Below are positions 9,194-17,042 of a stretch of 34,009 nucleotides of DNA, piece after piece. The stretch comes from Candidatus Thorarchaeota archaeon (GTDB lineage Archaea; Asgardarchaeota; Thorarchaeia; Thorarchaeales; Thorarchaeaceae), in NCBI GenBank assembly GCA_016839605.1, contig JAEOTX010000149.1, positions 1 to 34,009 on the forward strand, written 5' to 3'. The notes under the pieces were generated by a model that was given only the letters and a program-made list of their open reading frames with translations, was not told the DNA's origin and ran no database searches. Every line of letters begins with the position of its first letter. Position 1 is the stretch's first letter. A program made the translations under genes and the position numbers.

Positions 9194-10744
9194 ATGGTAA
9201 ACCAGTTTGATTATTTATCCAAGAGGGACATCTTCTCACCAGAGGCTGAAGCTCTAGTAGATGTTGAAACCGGGAGAAGATACTCCTATAGGGCGTTCAA
9301 CAAACGTGCGAATAAGGTCGCCAACTTCCTTCAACAAGTAGTTGAATTTCAGAAGGGGGATCGTTTATGCATTCTTGCCCAAAATAGCTTGGAATACTGG
9401 GAAACGTTTTTCGGATGTCAAAAGAGTGGAGGTATTTTCAGTCCGCTCAACTGGCGGTTGGTCGCTCGAGAATTAGCGGGACTGATTGATGATCTTGCCC
9501 CCTCCGTGTTATTCTTTGATTCTGAACTAGCTGAAGTTGCATCAGAGCTGAAGCAAGATGTCACGGTTGAACACTGGGTCTCATTGGATTCGAAAGGAAC
9601 GGAAGTGGAAGGTTCTCTAAGCTACGAGGAAGGTATGAATAAAGCAGCATCCAGTCCGCCTGATGCAGTTGATCTCTCTTATGAAGATCCAATGGGCATC
9701 GTATTTACTGGAGGGACAACGGGTCTTCCAAAAGGTGCTATGATTACCTACAGACAGGTTGCGTTCAACACTCTTACTACAATTAGGGACATCCTTCCTG
9801 GTGATGTCTACATAAATCATCTACCTCTCTTCCATGTCGGAGGACTCTATGTTTATGCAATTCCACTCTTCATATTGGGAGGAAAAGTAATCCAAATGAA
9901 GAGATGGGATCTTGATGTGTTAATTGATGTAATCAACAAGGAGAATCCAAACTTCTTCTTTGCCGTTCCCACGCAATATCGAATGCTGATGAATCATCCT
10001 GATTTCAACTCAATTGACTTCAAGAACGTTCGATTCTTGACATCCGGAGGCGAACCTTTACCCTTAGACATTATCAAGACATTCCGAGAGAAACACGGAG
10101 TAAAATTCAAACAAGGTTTTGGAATGACAGAGGTTGGACCAGGTTGTTTTGCTCTTGATCCATGGGATGCTGAACGTAAGATTGGCAGTATTGGTACGCC
10201 CAACTTCTTCATCGACGCGAAAGTAGTTGATCCTGAAACCGGAAGGGACTGCAGTGCAAACGAGGTTGGTGAACTTCTGTTCAGAGGACCAACGGTGACT
10301 ATTGGCTACTGGAATCGACCAGAATTGAATAAGACGCTATTAGATGAAGGTGGCTGGTTTAGCACAGGCGACATGGTCTATTTCGATGATGAGGGGTACT
10401 ACTATGTAGTGGATCGGGTGAAGGACATGTTCATCTCTGGGGGTGAGAATGTCTATCCCAGAGAAATCGAAAAACTCCTGGAAGAGCATCCAAAGATAGC
10501 TCAAGTGCAGGTAATCGGCGTACCTGATTCCAAATGGGGAGAGGTTGGACGTGCGATTGTTGTCTTGAAGGCGGGACAAGAAGCATCGGAGGAAGAAATA
10601 ATCGACTACTGCGAAGGTAAACTGGCTAGATTCAAGATTCCCAAATCAGTGCGCTTCACAGAGAGTTTCACTTCCTATATCTCGGGAGCGGGAAAGATCC
10701 TAAAACGAAGATTGCGGGAGGATTTTGGACAGGAGGAGAAATAG
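9194..10744 (+). CDS. fadD: Long-chain fatty acid-CoA ligase / AMP-dependent acyl-CoA synthetase
   Basis: FTGGTTGLPKG, QGFGMTE, WFSTGD, DRVKDMFISGGENVYP, GAGKILK. Paralog of 1149..2684. Confidence 0.9.
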   Translation: MVNQFDYLSKRDIFSPEAEALVDVETGRRYSYRAFNKRANKVANFLQQVVEFQKGDRLCILAQNSLEYWETFFGCQKSGGIFSPLNWRLVARELAGLIDDLAPSVLFFDSELAEVASELKQDVTVEHWVSLDSKGTEVEGSLSYEEGMNKAASSPPDAVDLSYEDPMGIVFTGGTTGLPKGAMITYRQVAFNTLTTIRDILPGDVYINHLPLFHVGGLYVYAIPLFILGGKVIQMKRWDLDVLIDVINKENPNFFFAVPTQYRMLMNHPDFNSIDFKNVRFLTSGGEPLPLDIIKTFREKHGVKFKQGFGMTEVGPGCFALDPWDAERKIGSIGTPNFFIDAKVVDPETGRDCSANEVGELLFRGPTVTIGYWNRPELNKTLLDEGGWFSTGDMVYFDDEGYYYVVDRVKDMFISGGENVYPREIEKLLEEHPKIAQVQVIGVPDSKWGEVGRAIVVLKAGQEASEEEIIDYCEGKLARFKIPKSVRFTESFTSYISGAGKILKRRLREDFGQEEK

Positions 10745-10746
10745 CC

Positions 10747-11553
10747 ATGCCATTCAGTGAAGTAAATGGGATAAACATCTATTATGAGATCCATGGCAAA
10801 GGTGAGCCAGTAGTCTTTGGTAATGGTGTCTTCCAAAATACATTGGGGTGGGTCAATCAGATTCCAACGTTTTCTAAAGAGTATCAAGTCATATTGTATG
10901 ACATGCGTGGGCAAGGCCAAAGCGATAAGCCCGAAGGTCCATATTCTTTCGAAATCCATGCTGAAGACCAAAAGACTCTTCTCGAAAATCTTGGGATTTC
11001 TGAAGTTCATCATGTTGGAATCAGTTACGGGGCTGAACTTGGTCTAGTCTTTGCGTTGACATATCCAGAAATGCTGAAGAGCCTTGTCGTTTGTAGTGCT
11101 GTTTCATTTGTAGGACCCTTACTCAATAAGATGGTCCAATTATGGAGGTATGCTTGTGCTCGTGAGGACCCTGAGATGTTCTATTTCGCAACATTGCCTT
11201 TGAATTTTAGCGAGACCTTCCTTCGAGAGCAAACTGCTGTTCTAGAACAAGCAAAAGAACGATACGTGCATTTAGATTTTCCACCGCTTGTAAGATTGAT
11301 AGATGCTTTTCTGAAGCTGAATATCACGGACAAGTTACCGCAGATCGAAATACCCACTTGTGTCATTGCGGGTGAGAAGGATATTTTGAAGCCTGCATAT
11401 CCGTATTCGATGGTGATTCATGATGGTGTGCCCAATTCAGAAATGGTCATAATTCGTGATTCGGGGCATGCCATTATGTTTGACAAACCCGAAGAGTTCA
11501 ACAGCATAGTTCTAGGATTCTTACGAAAGCATTCCCAATCGCATAAACTCTAG
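10747..11553 (+). CDS. Alpha/beta-fold hydrolase (PcaD/enol-lactonase-like)
   Basis: DMRGQGQSDKP, GISYGA nucleophile elbow, GEKD acid, SGH His. Confidence 0.87.
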   Translation: MPFSEVNGINIYYEIHGKGEPVVFGNGVFQNTLGWVNQIPTFSKEYQVILYDMRGQGQSDKPEGPYSFEIHAEDQKTLLENLGISEVHHVGISYGAELGLVFALTYPEMLKSLVVCSAVSFVGPLLNKMVQLWRYACAREDPEMFYFATLPLNFSETFLREQTAVLEQAKERYVHLDFPPLVRLIDAFLKLNITDKLPQIEIPTCVIAGEKDILKPAYPYSMVIHDGVPNSEMVIIRDSGHAIMFDKPEEFNSIVLGFLRKHSQSHKL

Positions 11554-11593
11554 AGAGGGGTAATTCCGCTGTTATTCCCCAATTTCCTTAAGA

Positions 11594-11641
11594 GATATAT
11601 ATCGGGGGCCCCAGCGTTAAGGGCTAGACATAGAATGTCTA
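11594..11641 (+). promoter_or_regulatory. Putative TATA box and inverted-repeat operator upstream of the substrate-binding protein gene
   Basis: GATATATATC at 11594-11603, followed about 22 nt later by the perfect inverted repeat TAGACAT-AGA-ATGTCTA (11625-11641). Confidence 0.5.
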
Positions 11642-11693
11642 TGTTCTAAATCTAACACAATACTGTTCAAGTACTGTGATTGGAGGAAAGAAG

Positions 11694-13187
11694 ATGAAAA
11701 AAATACGAACGATATCGCTATCTCTTTTGTTGCTACTATCGGTATCCCTCTTCTTGCCCTGTTTCTTGGCTAGACCAGCTGCTGCACAGCCAGACCCAAT
11801 TAAGATTGGAGTTTTCACCCCCGAAACAGCAGGTCTGATAGCATATGGACCATGGACAAAACAAGGCTTCTCATTGGGATTGGAATATGCAACTACGATG
11901 ATGGGATATGATAATAAGAACAAGACCGAAGCAGGTCGGCCCTATGAAGTTCACTTTTATGATACTCAGGGTGATATAACCCATGCAGCATCCGAAGCAG
12001 TAGATGCTATCGAAACTGATGGAATCGACATTCTCGTCGGAGGAACTTCTAGTGCAGTTGCCGCAGCAATAGCACCTATTGCTGAAGATTATGAAAAGCT
12101 ATATTTCATAAGTCCAGCTGCTGCTTCTTCACTGACTGCTGCTGACTTTAATCCATACATTTTCCGTATCGCCAGAAACAACTGGCATGATGCCTATGCA
12201 GGCGTCACGTATGCTATGGATTACCTCAACTATACGAAATTCGCCTTTCTTGCTGCTGATTATTCCTTTGGATATGACGGCGTTGCTTCAATGACAACTG
12301 TAATCGAGGACAAGGGAGGAGTAGTGCTCAGTTCCGTGTATGCAAATCTCTTTGATACTGATTTCTCTCAAGAGATTGATGCTCTCAAAGCTGCTGATTT
12401 AGTAAACGATATTGAGTATCTGTTCATCATTTGGGCTCTTGACTTCTCATATCTATACAATGACATGACAACATACAATCTCGCAGCTGACATGGAAATT
12501 GCTGGAGCATGTATTGATATCCTTTCAATGAACACCATTGAAGCGAGTTTGACTCCTCCAGCTACCTACATCGGTTCCACTGGGCTCTGTCTGTACGGCT
12601 ATGAACTACCCAACAACACGGTTAATGATTGGATGGTGGACCAGCATGTCACACAAAACATCATGCCGAATCATCTCTTTGCACTGACCTATCGAGTACC
12701 AGAGCTTTTCACTGCAAGTGCCTTTGCAACGGCGCAATTCTTGGTTGATGTAACAAATGCGGTCCCAGATCTAGATACGCATTCGATGATCAACTATCTT
12801 GAAGGCGGCATTACCATTGACTGCCCGAAGGGACCAACATACTTGAGACCGGGTGACCATCAAGGGCTTGCAGAGATGTATATCGCAGAAGCTGTGAATG
12901 ATACCCGCTCCGGGTCTGAAACAGAGAATCTCGTCATTGCCGAATTGGTTGAAACCTTAGACCGTGACACTGTTGCACCTCCAGTTGAGGCTGTCTGGGA
13001 TGGCGTTCCATATGTTCCAGGTGGATTCGCACCAGAAACAACCACTACTACTACTACTACCACTCCTACGACGACAACCGAACCTCCACCACCACCACCA
13101 CCGATTGATCCGATACTGCTTCTGGCACTCGGTGGCGGAGCTCTAGTAGTGATAGTCCTCATTGTCGTGGTAATGAAAAGGCAATAG
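11694..13187 (+). CDS. Liv-type ABC substrate-binding protein (periplasmic binding protein type 1) with signal peptide, Thr/Pro linker and C-terminal TM anchor
   Basis: Signal peptide MKKIR-hydrophobic-AAA, then PIKIG, DILVGGTSS, YIFR, ADYSFG, PKG...RPGDHQ. Ends in a T/P-rich linker, a TM helix and MKRQ. ATG 11694 follows GGAGG; the track start is GTG 11676. Confidence 0.88.
   Translation: MKKIRTISLSLLLLLSVSLFLPCFLARPAAAQPDPIKIGVFTPETAGLIAYGPWTKQGFSLGLEYATTMMGYDNKNKTEAGRPYEVHFYDTQGDITHAASEAVDAIETDGIDILVGGTSSAVAAAIAPIAEDYEKLYFISPAAASSLTAADFNPYIFRIARNNWHDAYAGVTYAMDYLNYTKFAFLAADYSFGYDGVASMTTVIEDKGGVVLSSVYANLFDTDFSQEIDALKAADLVNDIEYLFIIWALDFSYLYNDMTTYNLAADMEIAGACIDILSMNTIEASLTPPATYIGSTGLCLYGYELPNNTVNDWMVDQHVTQNIMPNHLFALTYRVPELFTASAFATAQFLVDVTNAVPDLDTHSMINYLEGGITIDCPKGPTYLRPGDHQGLAEMYIAEAVNDTRSGSETENLVIAELVETLDRDTVAPPVEAVWDGVPYVPGGFAPETTTTTTTTTPTTTTEPPPPPPPIDPILLLALGGGALVVIVLIVVVMKRQ
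13038..13103 (+). repeat. ACN/CCN trinucleotide low-complexity tract encoding the poly-Thr/poly-Pro linker
   Basis: ACA ACC ACT ACT ACT... then CCT CCA CCA CCA CCA CCA CCG, encoding TTTTTTTTTPTTTTEPPPPPPP. Confidence 0.85.
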
Positions 13188-13200
13188 CATCAATACAAAT

Positions 13201-13240
13201 GTAGTCTGGAAATCCCCCAGACTACTCCCCTTCTTTTTTC
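13201..13240 (+). terminator. Hairpin plus pyrimidine/T-tract terminator after the lipid/ABC operon
   Basis: Perfect 9-bp stem GTAGTCTGG / CCAGACTAC with a 7-nt loop, followed by TCCCCTTCTTTTTTC, 13 nt after the stop, between convergent genes. Confidence 0.7.
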
Positions 13241-13330
13241 TCAATATCAAGAACAGCTGCTCAGAAGAACAGAGAATCATCTGCTCTAGAATCCTCACTG
13301 CAAACCAGCGGTATAGAAATCGATTTGCTC

Positions 13331-13726
13331 TTATGTCGAGAGTAGATCGCCGACTTCTTTGGCGTATTTCCTCATCTGAGTTGTAGCCAAGCCCATGGAT
13401 GTCAAGTCTTTGGCGGCACCCATAAGTAGAAACTCGCCAGCCTGTGAAAGGACAGCAAAACCCTTCGCTCCTCTGACCGTCACCTCAAAGAGTTCTCCCA
13501 AATCAAGCCTCTCTGGAGATGCAGCCATCTCTCCAGTCATCAACAATGCTGCACTTACAGCAGCCATGAGGTCTGGATCTGCTTCAGAGTCCTCTGTGGC
13601 GAAGTACGCCAGCTTTACACCCTGTTTGCTGACAACCGCAATGGCGTCAAGGTCAGCATAGTTGGTCAATCCCATTAGGAGCTCTACGAGTTCCTTCTCC
13701 TTTTCTGGGTCGAGATGTTGCGACAT
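13331..13726 (-). CDS. Roadblock/LC7 (MglB/LAMTOR2-like) domain protein
   Basis: 131 aa with the roadblock pattern AIAVVSKQG...DPDLMAAVSAALL...GE...L.LGEL.EVTVRGAKG...AG...SMGL. Confidence 0.85.
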   Translation of the reverse strand: MSQHLDPEKEKELVELLMGLTNYADLDAIAVVSKQGVKLAYFATEDSEADPDLMAAVSAALLMTGEMAASPERLDLGELFEVTVRGAKGFAVLSQAGEFLLMGAAKDLTSMGLATTQMRKYAKEVGDLLST

Positions 13727-13754
13727 GATATCTTGCTCCCTATTGATTCAGTGG

Positions 13755-14693
13755 TTATTTTGCTACTAGCTTCTTCTTCTTTTTAGTGGTCTTAGCCTTT
13801 CCCTTCGCGGCTGGTACAGCAGGCGCTTCTGTTTCGGACCTGAAGAAACTGATAAGGTCTCCCAAGCGCTCTTTCATCTCTTGCTTGATTGGGCTCAGAA
13901 TGGCTTCAGGCGTGCCCTTTAGTAATTCAATGCCTAGGACCTTCCCATCCTTCACAATAACGCGAGGAATGAATCCCTCTGCCATAAATGTGCCCTCTGG
14001 CGGATCCCTGACTTTTTCGAACTTCCTCTCGACTTTCTCTTGTCCAAAGACGGCTATCTTATGCTCTGCAACTGTGAACAATTCATTATACACGATTAGC
14101 AGTTCTCTCTGGTAGCCTTCAGGTGGATCAGTTGTCTGCAACTCCTCAATCATAGCGCTTATCTCACTTGAGACTGGCACTGCAGGGGGAGCAGTAGCTG
14201 GAGCTGCCTTTGGGATTGCTGCAGGTTTGGGTGGGGCTTTGGCTGTAGCAGGTGGCTTCGGAGGCGGTGCCGCTGCTTTTGGAGCTGGTTTCGGCTTCGG
14301 AGGTGGTGCAGTTTCTACCTTTGCAGTTGGTGTTTCTGCGGCAGGTGCTTTTGGTTTTGGCTTTGGGGGGGCTGTAGTCGGAGCCTTCTCTCCTGGCTTA
14401 AGGACACGTGTTGCAGCTGTTGTGCCATCTAAGGCGGTGAAAAACGTTGGCGGCTCTTCGCCTTCGTCTACCGCGCGTACCTTGAAATGGAATCCGTACT
14501 CAGTTCGAAGATTGGTAGCAACTCTGGCACCAATGAATTTCCTTCTGATTCCTGCTTGAGTACCCTTCCAAAGATAGATTGACTTGGTCTCGTCGTCAAC
14601 AACGCAGACAACCATTTGAGAATCTAAGTCCGCTTTGGAAATCTCAACTTCGTTGAGGGTTCCATCCTCCATTACCTCATAACCTACGACCAT
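13755..14693 (-). CDS. Gelsolin-like domain protein with Pro/Ala/Lys-rich linker, uncharacterised C-terminal domain and polybasic tail
   Basis: The N-terminal ~90 aa match the gelsolin repeat pattern (LDS..V..V D...IYLWKG......K..A...A......VDEGEEP..F). A ~85 aa P/A/K linker follows, then a globular domain and a KKKKK tail. Confidence 0.75.
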   Translation of the reverse strand: MVVGYEVMEDGTLNEVEISKADLDSQMVVCVVDDETKSIYLWKGTQAGIRRKFIGARVATNLRTEYGFHFKVRAVDEGEEPPTFFTALDGTTAATRVLKPGEKAPTTAPPKPKPKAPAAETPTAKVETAPPPKPKPAPKAAAPPPKPPATAKAPPKPAAIPKAAPATAPPAVPVSSEISAMIEELQTTDPPEGYQRELLIVYNELFTVAEHKIAVFGQEKVERKFEKVRDPPEGTFMAEGFIPRVIVKDGKVLGIELLKGTPEAILSPIKQEMKERLGDLISFFRSETEAPAVPAAKGKAKTTKKKKKLVAK

Positions 14694-14913
14694 GATTGTT
14701 CACTAACTTGCAGTTTTTGTCTTCTTGCTCCTGTGCCCCCAATCCGGGCAACTGAAGACTAGTCGAGATATGGTCATCTCTGTGGACAACTGGATATCTC
14801 TGTTTGGGATATAAGATTGTTATTGTGGTGGATGTAGCACGTACAAACACTGAAAGTGAAGCAGGTCAACAAGCCTTATGTAGCAGGGGAGCTAACGGCT
14901 TTCGTTGGTGCCG

Positions 14914-15972
14914 ATGACTGAACAGTCAGCTGAAGCATTCTATGCTGAGCAATTTGGTAAAGGCAAGACTCTCACTGTGTTCCAGCTAATTCTAGGCTTT
15001 GTTATCTCTACACTCATTATGGTTGGATCCACTTGGGGTCTCATATACGTCTATGACGTTCTGACAGATTTCACAATATCACCATCGAATCTAGGCATTT
15101 ACACGCTTGCAATGACGATAGGATCTCTTGTTGCTACGATAATTGGTGTAATTGTATGTTATGTCATTCTGAAGGTCCCGCGTTCCGCTTTGGTGCTATT
15201 GAGGGTTCATGAGTTTTTCAAGAGAGGCACTGGTGAGTATTTTGTCTGGCCAGAACCCAAGAATCAAAGCTTGAGACTTGTCTTTCGGAGGGCGCTATAC
15301 GGCTCTATTCTAGTTGTTGGCATTGGCATGACCCTGGTCAGTTTTGAATTGATGGGCGTTGCACAAACTGCGGATCTTGCTGTTTTTGGCACTTGGGTTG
15401 TGATTATCTCTGCAGCTGTTCTTCCTCTCACGATTCTGATATTGTACTATGGTCCGTGGCTCATTAAGGATGCAGGCCTCTTCCACATGGACCTCAGGGA
15501 TCGCTCACTCAGCAATGTAGGCGACGACTTAGAAGACATGCTCGAGTTCTTTGCAGGGGTTGATCTGGTTCTTGTTTGGCTTGAGTTGACATTGACGGCA
15601 GGCTTCGAGCAACCCTGGTTTTCAGTATTTGTGATCATGGTAGCTTTGGGTCCTCTGCTCGCCATAATCTTCAATTTCACCCTCGTGTTCATGTTTATCA
15701 AAAACCGAGCCACGTTGCAGATTATTGACCGCTTGGTGGCCCGATATGATACGCAAGATATGTTCAACGCATCAGACAGCATCAGAACCAAAGTCCTCGC
15801 CCTCATTGATAGAGATATTCTTGCTTCACTAGAAACATCTGATGATGATGCTAGTACTTCCGTTGAAGAAGAATATGACTCCATTCCGATTGAATCTGAT
15901 GAGACCGAGGAACCTGCTGTGACTCAAGAAGAAGATACTGTTGTCACTGAAGAAGAAGACAGCTGGACTTAG
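14914..15972 (+). CDS. Hypothetical integral membrane protein (~6 TM) with acidic C-terminal tail
   Basis: Long ORF with about six hydrophobic segments and a D/E-rich tail. No family recognised. Start may be 14905, 14908 or 14914. Confidence 0.75.
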   Translation: MTEQSAEAFYAEQFGKGKTLTVFQLILGFVISTLIMVGSTWGLIYVYDVLTDFTISPSNLGIYTLAMTIGSLVATIIGVIVCYVILKVPRSALVLLRVHEFFKRGTGEYFVWPEPKNQSLRLVFRRALYGSILVVGIGMTLVSFELMGVAQTADLAVFGTWVVIISAAVLPLTILILYYGPWLIKDAGLFHMDLRDRSLSNVGDDLEDMLEFFAGVDLVLVWLELTLTAGFEQPWFSVFVIMVALGPLLAIIFNFTLVFMFIKNRATLQIIDRLVARYDTQDMFNASDSIRTKVLALIDRDILASLETSDDDASTSVEEEYDSIPIESDETEEPAVTQEEDTVVTEEEDSWT

Positions 15973-15980
15973 CACAATCT

Positions 15981-17042
15981 TCATTCGTCAATGAGCATCA
16001 CTGATCCATCAGTGAATCTGAAGCCAACTTCGGCTTCTTTCATTGACCTTAGCTTATGAGCTAGCGATTCATCTGGAACTGAGGCTACAATAGCTTGTCC
16101 ATGAAAGTCGATTGTGATTCTGAAAGTTCCTATTCTTGGAACAACAGAGATTATTGATGCTGTTGGAGCGTCTGTATTCCCATCCAGAGTTAAGACGATG
16201 TCCTCTGGCTTAACAGTGTATTTCACTGTCTGGCCCTCTACTCCAGATCCATTTGCACCAAATCGATATCCATCAGTTTCGACAATTACGTGCTCTTTTT
16301 GCAGCTCCATTACCACGCCTGTCAGAACATTTCCGCTTCCCAAGAAGCTAGCCACGAACTCATTGGCAGGTCTATCATAAAGCTCCTCAGGCTGGCCTAC
16401 TTGATTGACCACTCCTTCATTCAGTATTGCCACGCGATCAGATATGGCGAACGCCTCATCCTGGCTATGAGTCACATAGATAGTAGTGATATCAAGCTCA
16501 TCCTGTATCCTTCGAATTTCGGTCTGGAGCCGTTCCCTCAATTGAGGATCTAATGCTGAGAGAGGCTCGTCAAGAAGGAGAAGATTCGGCTCTTTTGCAA
16601 GAGCTCGTGCCAGAGCAATCCTTTGGCCCTCTCCACCGCTCACCTCGTTACTTCGCCTCAGCAGCAGGCCTCGAATATCCAAAAGGTCTGCCAGATACTC
16701 AACCCGGTCAATGGTTGCTTCGCGACTCCATCCTGCCATTTCTAGCGCGAATGCTATATTCTGATACACATTCATGTTTGGGAAAAGTGCCACAGATTGA
16801 AACACCATGCCTATGTTCCTATCTCTTGGAGGAGCTAATGTGACATCTTGATTATCAAAAAGAAGTCTACCTGCTTGTGGTCTGAAGAAACCTGCAATCA
16901 TTCGAAGTGTTGTAGTCTTTCCTGACCCGCTTGGCCCTAGTAGGGTCATGAGCTCCCCATCATTGACTGTGAGGTCAATGGGGCCAATACTTGTACCATC
17001 TCTGAATCTTCGCATAAGTCCGTGCAAAACAACACTAACCAC
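15981..17042 (-). CDS. thiQ: Thiamine ABC transporter ATP-binding protein
   Basis: GPSGSGKTT, VSGGEGQR, LLLLDEPLSALD, YVTH, TOBE-like C-terminus. GTG 17042 overlaps the thiP stop (TAGTG) and follows GGAGG, so the track extension to 17105 is unlikely. Substrate inferred from context. Confidence 0.82.
   Translation of the reverse strand: MVSVVLHGLMRRFRDGTSIGPIDLTVNDGELMTLLGPSGSGKTTTLRMIAGFFRPQAGRLLFDNQDVTLAPPRDRNIGMVFQSVALFPNMNVYQNIAFALEMAGWSREATIDRVEYLADLLDIRGLLLRRSNEVSGGEGQRIALARALAKEPNLLLLDEPLSALDPQLRERLQTEIRRIQDELDITTIYVTHSQDEAFAISDRVAILNEGVVNQVGQPEELYDRPANEFVASFLGSGNVLTGVVMELQKEHVIVETDGYRFGANGSGVEGQTVKYTVKPEDIVLTLDGNTDAPTASIISVVPRIGTFRITIDFHGQAIVASVPDESLAHKLRSMKEAEVGFRFTDGSVMLIDE

Noticed and set aside
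13038-13103. Tandem repeats as a CRISPR array or mobile-element end
   Set aside because: In-frame trinucleotide tract coding a linker; no repeat-spacer structure.
1-13240. Lipid cluster as a recent genomic island or contaminant
   Set aside because: No integrase, transposase, tRNA or flanking direct repeat is seen, and the anchoring and promoter features look archaeal. A GC/codon shift could not be quantified by eye.
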